NCBI GenBank assembly: GCA_005884765.1
Contig: VAZV01000129.1
Coordinates: forward strand, 17,687 to 81,686
DNA length: 64,000 bases
Direction: 5' to 3'
Source of the DNA: Alphaproteobacteria bacterium
GTDB taxonomy: Bacteria; Pseudomonadota; Alphaproteobacteria; Rhizobiales; Xanthobacteraceae
The notes under the pieces are model-generated. The model saw nothing but the letters and a program-made list of their open reading frames with translations. It did no database searches and was not told where the DNA came from. Positions 1-7,927 of this stretch are shown here, piece after piece; position 1 is the first letter of the stretch; each line of letters begins with the position of its first letter. Both the position numbers and the translations under genes were made by a program.

Positions 1-61
1 CGAAGGCCCAGGGCGCTAATTAGGAAACTTGATGTTTTCCAAAATAACCGCCATATTGGGA

Positions 62-79
62 CTGTCAATAGAATGACAG
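62..79. promoter_or_regulatory. Candidate TetR operator: perfect inverted repeat CTGTCA-N6-TGACAG just upstream of the TetR start
   Basis: CTGTCAATAGAATGACAG read directly, 16 nt upstream of the ATG at 95. TetR autoregulators typically bind such palindromes. Confidence 0.4.
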
Positions 80-94
80 GCATCATCTAAAAGC

Positions 95-790
95 ATGGCT
101 CAGACGACAACCAGGGAGACCCGGCCGGCCACGAGCAGCGGGTCGGTCGAACGGCGCCGTAGCCGCGGAAGGCCCCAGGTCCGGTGCGACGAAGAAACCC
201 GCGGCGTCATCCTTGAAGCAGCCCGGCACGAATTCGCCGCGAGCGGCTTTGCCGCCACCAGCATGGAGAATGTGGCGCGGCACGCCGGCGTTTCGACCAA
301 AACGCTCTATCGCCTGCTTCCCGACAAGAAGACACTGTTCGCGGCGACGGTGACGCATCGGCTGGACCGGTTCGTCTCCGTCGTCAGTTTGCGCGCGTGT
401 GAGGGCGGAGACATCGACTCGGCCTTGCCGGATGCGTTGCTCGCTTGCGCCGAACTTGTGCTCGACCCGGAGGTCATTGCGCTTCAGCGCATGATCCTCG
501 CCGACAGCGACAAGTTCCCTGACATCCCGGAAATGTTCTATATCAAAGCGATGCGGCGCTCGGTCGCGGCGCTGGCTGAATGGCTAGATGTGCAGCTGAA
601 ACGCGGCCTGATCGTCCTTGACGATGTCGAGGCGGCGGCCGGCATGCTCCTCGGCATGCTCGTGTTCCAACCGCAGCGTGACGTGATGTTCGGCCACAAG
701 CCGCCGCCGACCCGCGGCGAGCTTGAGCGCCGCGCCAAGACCTGTTCAGCGTTGTTCTTGCGAGGATGCCGTCGCGGCAGCGTCGGGTAA
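95..790 (+). CDS. TetR/AcrR family transcriptional regulator
   Basis: 231-aa ORF. N-terminal HTH region ILEAARHEFAASGFAATSMENVARHAGVSTKTLYRLLPDK is a classic TetR signature. Confidence 0.9.
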   Translation: MAQTTTRETRPATSSGSVERRRSRGRPQVRCDEETRGVILEAARHEFAASGFAATSMENVARHAGVSTKTLYRLLPDKKTLFAATVTHRLDRFVSVVSLRACEGGDIDSALPDALLACAELVLDPEVIALQRMILADSDKFPDIPEMFYIKAMRRSVAALAEWLDVQLKRGLIVLDDVEAAAGMLLGMLVFQPQRDVMFGHKPPPTRGELERRAKTCSALFLRGCRRGSVG

Positions 791-806
791 GTGCCGTACG
801 AGAAAT

Positions 807-840
807 GAAAAGGCCGGTCATCATGACCGGCCCTTTTTGT
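807..840. terminator. Rho-independent terminator, bidirectional between convergent genes
   Basis: Stem GGCCGGTCA / TGACCGGCC (812-820 / 824-832), flanked by an A-run upstream and TTTTT downstream. Confidence 0.7.
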
Positions 841-852
841 TGACTTGCGCGC

Positions 853-1110
853 CTAGTGGCCCGCTGGCGCCGAGATCGCGCCGCCTTCGTAACGCGACCA
901 GTTAGACTGCCCGTAGCTCCAGTCAGGTTGCGCGTAGCTCCAATTGGGCTGCGCGTAGGGATCGACCCAGGCGTTGGAATTGCGGTACGGCTGGCTCACC
1001 GGCGCGCGTTCCACCTTTCGCACGTGGTGGCGTTCGGTGGCCGCGGCCACTTGGACGAACGAGGCGGCGAGTGCGGCCGAGCCCAGGATGGTCAGGATTG
1101 TCTTGCGCAT
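853..1110 (-). CDS. Small secreted protein with W/Y-rich repeats (NWSYAQP/DWSYGQS/NWSRY)
   Basis: 85-aa ORF. Signal peptide MRKTILTILGSAALAASFVQVAAA, and SD GGGAGA upstream of the ATG. Confidence 0.65.
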   Translation of the reverse strand: MRKTILTILGSAALAASFVQVAAATERHHVRKVERAPVSQPYRNSNAWVDPYAQPNWSYAQPDWSYGQSNWSRYEGGAISAPAGH

Positions 1111-1362
1111 TATAGGTCTCCCTGTCTTGCTTGCGCGCTCTGTTGCGAGGCGAGTGGCGCCTCGCGAGTTCGCGCCGTGCCCTCGACATAAGGATGGCCC
1201 GTTCGGATTATTACGGTGTCGGAAATCACGAAGCGGCGAGCAAATTTCTTGGTCAAATTATTTTTCGGCTAAATATTCAGCAGCGTCGGCAGCCTGAATG
1301 TAATAGACTTGTTTCATCCAAGCCGGTCCGATCGGCGAAACTATCTCTCGCGAGCGAGGCTG

Positions 1363-1659
1363 ATGAAGAAACTATTGCTGGCCCTCCTGCTGACCGCATC
1401 TCCCGCCTGGGCTCAAACCAAGTTGACGCCCAAGGAGACGACAAAGAGCGCGGCCGCTCGCGCCGATAATTGTGCTCCGATCGGGCGAACCGCCAATGGC
1501 GAACTGGTCTATTCGATGAAGTGCGAAAACTTGCCCGCGCCGCCGCCACCGCCGCCACAGGCCGAAAACAAGGAGGCGCCGCCGCCGGCGCCCGAGTCCC
1601 AGCTGCAGCGAAGCGGGCTGTTCGGCTGGTCTTACGAAGTGAAGCGGCCGGACCAGTAG
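1363..1659 (+). CDS. Small secreted proline-rich protein
   Basis: Internal ATG at 1363 gives signal peptide MKKLLLALLLTASPAWAQ. There is a PAPPPPPPQ tract. The upstream part of the ORF was trimmed. Confidence 0.6.
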   Translation: MKKLLLALLLTASPAWAQTKLTPKETTKSAAARADNCAPIGRTANGELVYSMKCENLPAPPPPPPQAENKEAPPPAPESQLQRSGLFGWSYEVKRPDQ

Positions 1660-1773
1660 ACGACTTGGTCGCCTGCCATGCAGGGAGGCCCGCGATCGCC
1701 GTGGAATGTTCCTTGCTTCCGCTGTCCCTGGCTGCAATTGATACTCCGGAGCCCTCGATCTTGAGCACATTGA

Positions 1774-2187
1774 ATGAACCAACTTGTTATCCGCAGCGGT
1801 GACTTCACCTTCCAGGCCCGCTTTGAAGAACAGCTTGCGCCCAAGACCTGCGCCGCGTTCCGCAAGGCCATGCCATTCGAGAGCCAGGTCATCCACGTGC
1901 GCTGGAGCGGCGAGGGGGTCTGGATGCCGCTCGGCGATCTCGATTTCGGCGTCAGTTACGAGAACCACACCAGCTATCCCGCGCCCGGTCAGATCATCCT
2001 TTATCCCGGCGGCATCAGCGAGACCGAGATCCTGCTGGCCTATGGCAGCGTGCATTTCGCGAGCAAGATGGGCCAGCTCGCCGGTAACCATTTCATCACC
2101 CTGACCTCGGGGCTTGAGAATCTGCCTGCACTCGGCAAGACCGTGCTGTGGAAGGGCGCGCAAAAAATTCGTTTTGAGATGGCATGA
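1774..2187 (+). CDS. DUF3830 family (cyclophilin-like fold) protein
   Basis: 137-aa ORF MNQLVIRSGDFTFQARFEEQLAPKTCAAFRKAMPF... I recognise it as the DUF3830 family. Its stop directly abuts the puuE ATG. Confidence 0.75.
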   Translation: MNQLVIRSGDFTFQARFEEQLAPKTCAAFRKAMPFESQVIHVRWSGEGVWMPLGDLDFGVSYENHTSYPAPGQIILYPGGISETEILLAYGSVHFASKMGQLAGNHFITLTSGLENLPALGKTVLWKGAQKIRFEMA

Positions 2188-3123
2188 ATGACGCAGGCCG
2201 GATACCCGCGCGATCTCCGCGGCTATGGCCGCAACCCGCCAGATCCACATTGGCCCGGTCATGCGCGGGTCGCGGTTCAGTTCGTGGTGAATTTCGAGGA
2301 AGGCGGCGAGAACAACATCCTGCATGGCGACCCCGCTTCCGAAGCGTTTCTATCCGATGTTTTGGGTGCGCGGCCCTGGCCGGGCCAGCGTCATGCCAAT
2401 ATCGAATCGATGTTCGAATATGGTTCGCGCGCCGGCTTCTGGCGGCTGTGGCGCATGTTTACCGAGCGCGAGCTGCCGACGACCGTGTTCGGCGTTGCCA
2501 CCGCGTTGAAGCGCAATCCCGACGTGGTCGCGGCCATGAAGGAAGCGGGCTGGGATATCGCGAGTCATAGCCTGAAATGGATCGAGCACAAGGACATGTC
2601 GGAAGCCGAGGAGCGGTCGGAGATCGCCGAAGCGATCCGCGTTCATACCGAGGCGACCGGCCAGCGTCCACTCGGCTGGTACACCGGGCGATCATCGATC
2701 AACACCGTGAGACTGGTGATGGAAGCGGGCGGGTTCCTGTATTCCTGCGATTCCTATGCCGACGATCTACCCTATTGGATCAAGGGACCGTCAGGGCCGC
2801 ATCTGATCATTCCATATACACTTGATGCCAACGACATGCGCTTCGTCAACGCGCAGGGTTTTGGCGGCGGCGATCAGTTCTTCACCTACCTGAAGGACAG
2901 CTTCGACGTGCTCTACGCTGAAGGCGCGACGTCACCGAAGATGATGTCGGTCGGCCTGCATTGCCGGATCGTCGGCCGGCCCGGACGCGCGGCGGCGCTG
3001 ATGCGGTTTCTCGATTATGTCTTGAACCATGAGCGGGTGTGGGTGCCGACGCGGCTGCAAATCGCGCAGCATTGGCACGCCAATCTTGCGCATCTTGCCG
3101 CCAACGCGCCGGCGCTCGGATAG
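2188..3123 (+). CDS. puuE: Allantoinase PuuE (polysaccharide deacetylase-type)
   Basis: 311 aa. N-terminus GYPRDLRGYGRNPPDPHWPG..VAVQFVVNFEEGGENNILHGD is characteristic of PuuE. Confidence 0.9.
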   Translation: MTQAGYPRDLRGYGRNPPDPHWPGHARVAVQFVVNFEEGGENNILHGDPASEAFLSDVLGARPWPGQRHANIESMFEYGSRAGFWRLWRMFTERELPTTVFGVATALKRNPDVVAAMKEAGWDIASHSLKWIEHKDMSEAEERSEIAEAIRVHTEATGQRPLGWYTGRSSINTVRLVMEAGGFLYSCDSYADDLPYWIKGPSGPHLIIPYTLDANDMRFVNAQGFGGGDQFFTYLKDSFDVLYAEGATSPKMMSVGLHCRIVGRPGRAAALMRFLDYVLNHERVWVPTRLQIAQHWHANLAHLAANAPALG

Positions 3124-3134
3124 CTGAGGCACAG

Positions 3135-4022
3135 ATGTCGCAGCTCAGCCTTTCCGATCTTAACGCGTGCAGCAAGGACGACTTCGTCGCAGCGCTTGCC
3201 AATATCTTCGAATATTCGCCGTGGATCGCACAACAGGCCGCCGCCGCGCGGCCATTTGCAGGCGTCAGGGCGCTGTTTTCAGCGATGAAGATTGCGGTCG
3301 ATCGCGCGCCATCCGAGCTTCGATTGACCCTGATCAAGGCGCATCCCGATCTCGCCAACAAGACCCAGCGCGCCGCCGGCCTCACGGCGGAATCCAATGC
3401 CGAGCAGAACAGCGTCGGCCTCGACCGTTTGTCGGACGCCGAATATGAGGCGTTCGAGCGCGTCAACAACGCCTACCGCTCGAAGTTCGGTTTTCCCTAT
3501 ATCGTCTGCGTCCGGCGTCAGACCAAAGATTCCATCCTGCGCGACTTCGAGCGACGGCTGCCGAACGATGCGAAAACGGAAATGCAGACATCGCTTGAGG
3601 AAATCTGCCGGATCGCAGCGCTTCGCCTCGATCAGCTTGTCGCCTCCGAGGACAAGTTGAACGTGCATGGGCGGCTGACGACCCACGTGCTCGATACCCA
3701 TGGCGGCAAGCCGGCAGCGGGTATTGCAGTCGAGCTGACCGAATTATCCGCGCTGGGCGTGAGCCGCGTGGTGACGCGCACGGTCACCAATTCGGACGGC
3801 AGGACGGACCAGCCGTTGATCGGCGGCCGGCCGGTGCCGATCGGGCGTTATGAGCTGACGTTTGGCGTCGGGAAATATTTTGCCGAACGGCAGGTGGCGG
3901 TATCCGACCCGCCGTTCCTCGATCAAATTCCGCTGCGCTTCTCGGTCAGCGAGCCGGAAGGCCATCTCCACGTGCCGTTATTGGTCACGCCCTGGAGCTA
4001 CGCGACCTATCGCGGCAGCTGA
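3135..4022 (+). CDS. Bifunctional OHCU decarboxylase / 5-hydroxyisourate hydrolase (uraD-uraH fusion)
   Basis: Start trimmed to the ATG at 3135 (MSQLSLSDLN). The N-terminal half is OHCU-decarboxylase-like (KAHPDLANK, FGFPYIVCVR). The C-terminal half is transthyretin-like (GRLTTHVLDT..G.PA) and ends in the HIUase tetrapeptide YRGS. Confidence 0.88.
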   Translation: MSQLSLSDLNACSKDDFVAALANIFEYSPWIAQQAAAARPFAGVRALFSAMKIAVDRAPSELRLTLIKAHPDLANKTQRAAGLTAESNAEQNSVGLDRLSDAEYEAFERVNNAYRSKFGFPYIVCVRRQTKDSILRDFERRLPNDAKTEMQTSLEEICRIAALRLDQLVASEDKLNVHGRLTTHVLDTHGGKPAAGIAVELTELSALGVSRVVTRTVTNSDGRTDQPLIGGRPVPIGRYELTFGVGKYFAERQVAVSDPPFLDQIPLRFSVSEPEGHLHVPLLVTPWSYATYRGS

Positions 4023-4060
4023 GTTCTCGCTTCTCAATCTGGCGGCCGCATTTTTGCCGG

Positions 4061-4105
4061 CAAGGCTTTTTCGGGCAAGGCTTTTTCGGGTAAGGCTTTT
4101 TCGGG
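4061..4105. repeat. Three tandem copies of a 15-bp unit (C/T)AAGGCTTTTTCGGG
   Basis: Units read directly at 4061-4075, 4076-4090 and 4091-4105. They are followed by TGAGCCTTGCC, which can pair with AAGGC of the units. Confidence 0.9.
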
Positions 4106-4200
4106 TGAGCCTTGCCTGTTGGCATGAACGTTGCTCATTATCGGTTCAAGCCGGGCGGTGCCAAGCCTCGCGATTTGCCTAAGACCGGAGGGTTTTGCGC

Positions 4201-5040
4201 GTGCCGCTGATCAAGAACAGATATGGAAAAGGCCGCGTTCGCGTGATGCGGATCCATCGCGACGGCGAACGGCACGAGGTCAGCCAGCTCAGTGTCAAGG
4301 CGATGATCGAAGGCGATTTCGCCCGCACTTACACCCACGCCGACAACTCCGACACCATCTCGACCGACACCATCAAGAACGTCGTCAACGTTGTCGCGCG
4401 AGAAAATACCGGCCTCTCCAGCGAGGAGTTCTGCCAGGTGCTGGCGAAGAAGTTCCTCTATACGTATCCGCAGGTGTCGTCGGTCGCGATCACGGCGCAT
4501 GAGACGAAATGGACGCGATTGAGCATCGGTGGCAAGCCGCACCCGCATAGTTTTGTTCTCGATAGCAACGGCAAGCCGTTCGTCGAAGTGAACGCGGCGC
4601 GCAAGGAAATCTCGACGAGCTCGGGCATCGACGGCTTTGCGTTCATGAAGTCGACCCAGTCGGGCTGGGAGAAATACCTCAAGGATCGCTACACGACGAT
4701 CCCCGAGACCAACGACCGTATGTGCGCGACCTCCATGGTGGCATCCTGGAAATGGTCGGCGAAGCCTGCGAGCTATCCCGTAACCAACAAGAAAATCCTC
4801 GACACGCTGCTGGAGGTGTTTGCGACGACCTATAGCGCAAGCGTGCAGGACAGCCTGTACCGGATGGGGGAGGCGGCGCTTGGCGCCGTGCCGGAAATTT
4901 CAGAGATCAGCATGGCCTGCCCGAATATGCACTTCATCCTGATGAACCTGTCGGCGTTCGGGCTCGATAACAACAACGATGTGTTCCTGCCGACTGACGA
5001 GCCGCACGGCCAGATCGAATGCACCGTGGGGCGGGACTAG
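4201..5040 (+). CDS. pucL: Factor-independent urate hydroxylase (uricase)
   Basis: Uricase-like N-terminus NRYGKGRVRVMRIHRDGERHEV. GTG at 4201 lies 8 nt after SD GGAGGG (4187-4192), whereas the TTG at 4195 is too close to the SD. Confidence 0.88.
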   Translation: MPLIKNRYGKGRVRVMRIHRDGERHEVSQLSVKAMIEGDFARTYTHADNSDTISTDTIKNVVNVVARENTGLSSEEFCQVLAKKFLYTYPQVSSVAITAHETKWTRLSIGGKPHPHSFVLDSNGKPFVEVNAARKEISTSSGIDGFAFMKSTQSGWEKYLKDRYTTIPETNDRMCATSMVASWKWSAKPASYPVTNKKILDTLLEVFATTYSASVQDSLYRMGEAALGAVPEISEISMACPNMHFILMNLSAFGLDNNNDVFLPTDEPHGQIECTVGRD

Positions 5041-5043
5041 CCG

Positions 5044-5166
5044 CGTCATTGCGAGCCAACGGGTCGCGCGAATGCGCGCCCGATGCCAGGCTCCGCGAAG
5101 CAATCCAGCGCTGCATCGTCATTAGGAAGGCTGGATTGCTTCGTCGCTTACGCTCCTCGCAATGAC
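5044..5166. repeat. REP-like nested-palindrome intergenic element (copy 1)
   Basis: Outer arms GTCATTGCGAG...CTCGCAATGAC and inner arms GAAGCAATCCAG...CTGGATTGCTTC. A near-identical inverted copy lies at 36103-36223. Confidence 0.85.
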
Positions 5167-5197
5167 CAAAGCTGGGAGCGCGCAGCATTCGAACGCC

Positions 5198-7927
5198 TCA
5201 CTCCGCCTTCCCGAATTTCTCGTGCAGCAACGGCCATAGCCGGTCCGGCTTGAACGGCACGGTCGTGAAGCGGATACCGGTGGCATCGGCAAGCGCATTG
5301 CCGAGCGCGGCGGCCACCGGATTATAGGGGCTCTCGCTCATCGACTTGGCGCCCATCGGCCCCAGCGTGTCCGACGTATCGGCGAAATAAACCTCGGTGC
5401 GCGGAATGTCCGCAAACGACGGCAGGTGATAGTCGCGGAATCTCGGATTGATAACGCAGCCGCCGTCATCGATCACCATCTCCTCGTACAGCGTCGCGCC
5501 GAGCGACTGCGCGACGCCGCCTTCGACCTGTCCGCGACACTGCATCGGGTTGGCGACGCGACCGGCGTCGGCGGCCTGCACGCTTTTGAGGATCTTGATT
5601 TGGCCCGTCCCTTTGTTAACGGCGACGCAAAAGCCTTGCACGTTGAAGGCGACCGAACGCGGCGTTCCGGCTGAATTCCCGGTCGCTTCGAGCGTTGTTC
5701 CGCGTTCGCGCGCGGACTTGGCGATTTGTGCGAACGACAAACGCTGCGTTCCGCAGACGGCGGATTCCCGCTCAAGGACACATGTGCCGGCATCGGTTGC
5801 GGCCATACCGGATGCCAATGCGATGAGATCGGCGGCGAGAGTTTCGGCCGCGGCCTGCGTCGCGCGTCCGGCGACGAAGGTTCCGGCGCTGCCGTAAGCG
5901 CCGGTGTCGTGGCCGCCATGCGCAGTGTCGGATTGCTTTAAGTGAATTCGCTCGACGGAGGTCGCGAGCACGGTGGCGGCGATCTGGCGATGGACCGTTG
6001 AGGTCCCGTTGCCGAACTCCGCCGTCCCGACCGTCAGATTGAAGCCGCCATCGTCGCGCAGCGAAATCCTGGCATCGGCAAAATGCCCGTCGGGCGGCAC
6101 GGTGTCGATCATCGTGAGCGCGATGCCATCACCGATAAGCCAGTCGGCGGAAAGATCAGTCTTTGGCGCGTCGGCTTGCATCGCGCGTTCGACGAGAACG
6201 AGACACTGGTCGAGCCCATAGGAGCCGTAAAGCACGTCATGATAGCCGGTGCCGGGAGGCGACAGCATGGGGTCGCCAGGCTTGACGATGTTGCGGCGGC
6301 GCATTTCATAAGGGTTGATGCCGAGCCCTTTGGCCAATTCGTCGATCGCAGCCTCTACAGCGAAGAGGGCCTGCGGCAAGCCGTAGCCGCGGAAGGCGCC
6401 CGCCGGCACGGTGTTGGTGTAGGCGACGACGGCGTCGACCTTCTTGTTTGCGCAATTATAGACGCCGAGACTTTCACCGCAGGCGTGGAACAGCACCGGG
6501 GCCGCATGGTTGCCATAGGCGCCGGTGTTCGAGAGTACGTCGAGCTGCAGCGCCTTTAGCTTGCCGTCCTTGTCCGCGCCCGCTTTCACCGTTACGCGCA
6601 TCGGATGCCGCGTCGATGTCGAGATGAATTGCTCCTCGCGGGTAAGCTCGAGCTTGACCGGCCGGCCGGTCTTGAGCGCCGCGAGTGCCAGGATATCCTC
6701 GACGAACATTTCCTGCTTGCCGCCGAAGCCGCCGCCCACGCGCTCGCAAAACACACGGACCTTTTCCGGAGCCAGCTTGAAAATATCGACGAGCGCACGC
6801 CGCGTCAGGAACGGTACCTGCGTGGAGGAACGGACATGCAAAATGCCCGACGCATCGACCCAGGCGAGGCCGCCATGCGTCTCCAATGCAGCGTGCTGGA
6901 CCCGCTGCGTGGTGAACGTTCCTTCATAGGTGACGGCGGAGTTCGCAAGCGCTGCTGCGACATCGCCGTATTCGCCATGGGTTTCCGCCACGATGTTGCG
7001 TGGGCCGTTGGTAACGCGATGCGCAACCGTCTTGTCGCCGTGCAGGACCGGCGCACCCGGCGCGATCGCCTGCGTCGGATCAAACACCGCCGGCAATATT
7101 TCATACTCGACCTTGAGACGGCGGCACCCTTCTTCGGCGGCGGCCTCGGTCTCCGCGACCACGGCCGCGATCTTCTGCCCGACGAAGCGAACGACTTTGT
7201 CGAGCACGCGCGTATCGTCCGGATCCATCCACGCCTTCTCGTGTCGTGCGGTGGAGAACAGCAGATCCGGTGCATCCTCCGAGGTCAGCACCGTCCGCAC
7301 GCCGGGGACGGCAAGCGCCGCGCTCTTGTCGATCGAGATGATCTTGGCGTGCGGATGGGGTGAGCGCTTCAGCTTGATGTGCAACAGGCCTTCGATCGCG
7401 GTATCGAAGGTGTATCGCGCCGTGCCGCGTACCACCTGCGGGCCGGCAGGGGCGGGGAGGCTGCGGCCGAACGCGGCGCCGGCTGCGGCATCCTCGATGT
7501 TGGTCTTGCCGTCCAGCGCATCTTCGATCGAGCGATAGCCGGTGCAGCGGCAGAGGTTTCCCTTGAGCGAAGCGCCAAGGTCCTGCCGTTGTGCCTGGTT
7601 AAGCGATGCGCAGGTCATGATCATGCCCGCGGTGCAGAACCCGCATTGAAAGGCTTGGGCGTCGAGGAACGCCTGCTGCATCGGGTGGATGCCGCCGTCG
7701 CCGGCGAGGCCTTCGATGGTGGTCACGGCATGGCCGTCGGCGCGAAAGGCCGGGATCAGGCAGCTATGCACCGGCTCGCCATCGATCAGCACCGTACAGG
7801 CGCCGCAATCACCGGCGTCGCAGCCTTTCTTGACGCCGAAATGCCCGAGCTCGCGCAGGAAGGTTCGTAGGCATTGCCCGGCCCGCGGAGTTTCGGAAAA
7901 CGCCTTGCCGTTGATCTCGAAGCTCAT
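5198..7927 (-). CDS. Xanthine dehydrogenase family protein, fused [2Fe-2S] and molybdopterin-binding subunits
   Basis: Start trimmed to MSFEINGK (ATGA overlap with the upstream FAD subunit stop). FeS motifs GCDAGDCGACTV and CGFCTAGM..CRCTGY are followed by a ~750-aa aldehyde oxidase/XDH Moco domain. Confidence 0.9.
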   Translation of the reverse strand: MSFEINGKAFSETPRAGQCLRTFLRELGHFGVKKGCDAGDCGACTVLIDGEPVHSCLIPAFRADGHAVTTIEGLAGDGGIHPMQQAFLDAQAFQCGFCTAGMIMTCASLNQAQRQDLGASLKGNLCRCTGYRSIEDALDGKTNIEDAAAGAAFGRSLPAPAGPQVVRGTARYTFDTAIEGLLHIKLKRSPHPHAKIISIDKSAALAVPGVRTVLTSEDAPDLLFSTARHEKAWMDPDDTRVLDKVVRFVGQKIAAVVAETEAAAEEGCRRLKVEYEILPAVFDPTQAIAPGAPVLHGDKTVAHRVTNGPRNIVAETHGEYGDVAAALANSAVTYEGTFTTQRVQHAALETHGGLAWVDASGILHVRSSTQVPFLTRRALVDIFKLAPEKVRVFCERVGGGFGGKQEMFVEDILALAALKTGRPVKLELTREEQFISTSTRHPMRVTVKAGADKDGKLKALQLDVLSNTGAYGNHAAPVLFHACGESLGVYNCANKKVDAVVAYTNTVPAGAFRGYGLPQALFAVEAAIDELAKGLGINPYEMRRRNIVKPGDPMLSPPGTGYHDVLYGSYGLDQCLVLVERAMQADAPKTDLSADWLIGDGIALTMIDTVPPDGHFADARISLRDDGGFNLTVGTAEFGNGTSTVHRQIAATVLATSVERIHLKQSDTAHGGHDTGAYGSAGTFVAGRATQAAAETLAADLIALASGMAATDAGTCVLERESAVCGTQRLSFAQIAKSARERGTTLEATGNSAGTPRSVAFNVQGFCVAVNKGTGQIKILKSVQAADAGRVANPMQCRGQVEGGVAQSLGATLYEEMVIDDGGCVINPRFRDYHLPSFADIPRTEVYFADTSDTLGPMGAKSMSESPYNPVAAALGNALADATGIRFTTVPFKPDRLWPLLHEKFGKAE

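Noticed and set aside
3071-3087. TGGCAC motif near the 3' end of puuE as a possible sigma54 promoter for the uraD-uraH fusion
   Set aside because: The downstream spacing gives TCTT rather than TTGC at -12 (GG-N10-GC is not satisfied), and the motif lies inside a coding region.
4061-4105. Checked the tandem repeats here, at 37268-37320 and at 47054-47250 as possible CRISPR arrays
   Set aside because: The units are 15-17 bp or coding Gly repeats, directly abutting with no unique spacers, and there are no cas genes. They are not CRISPR.
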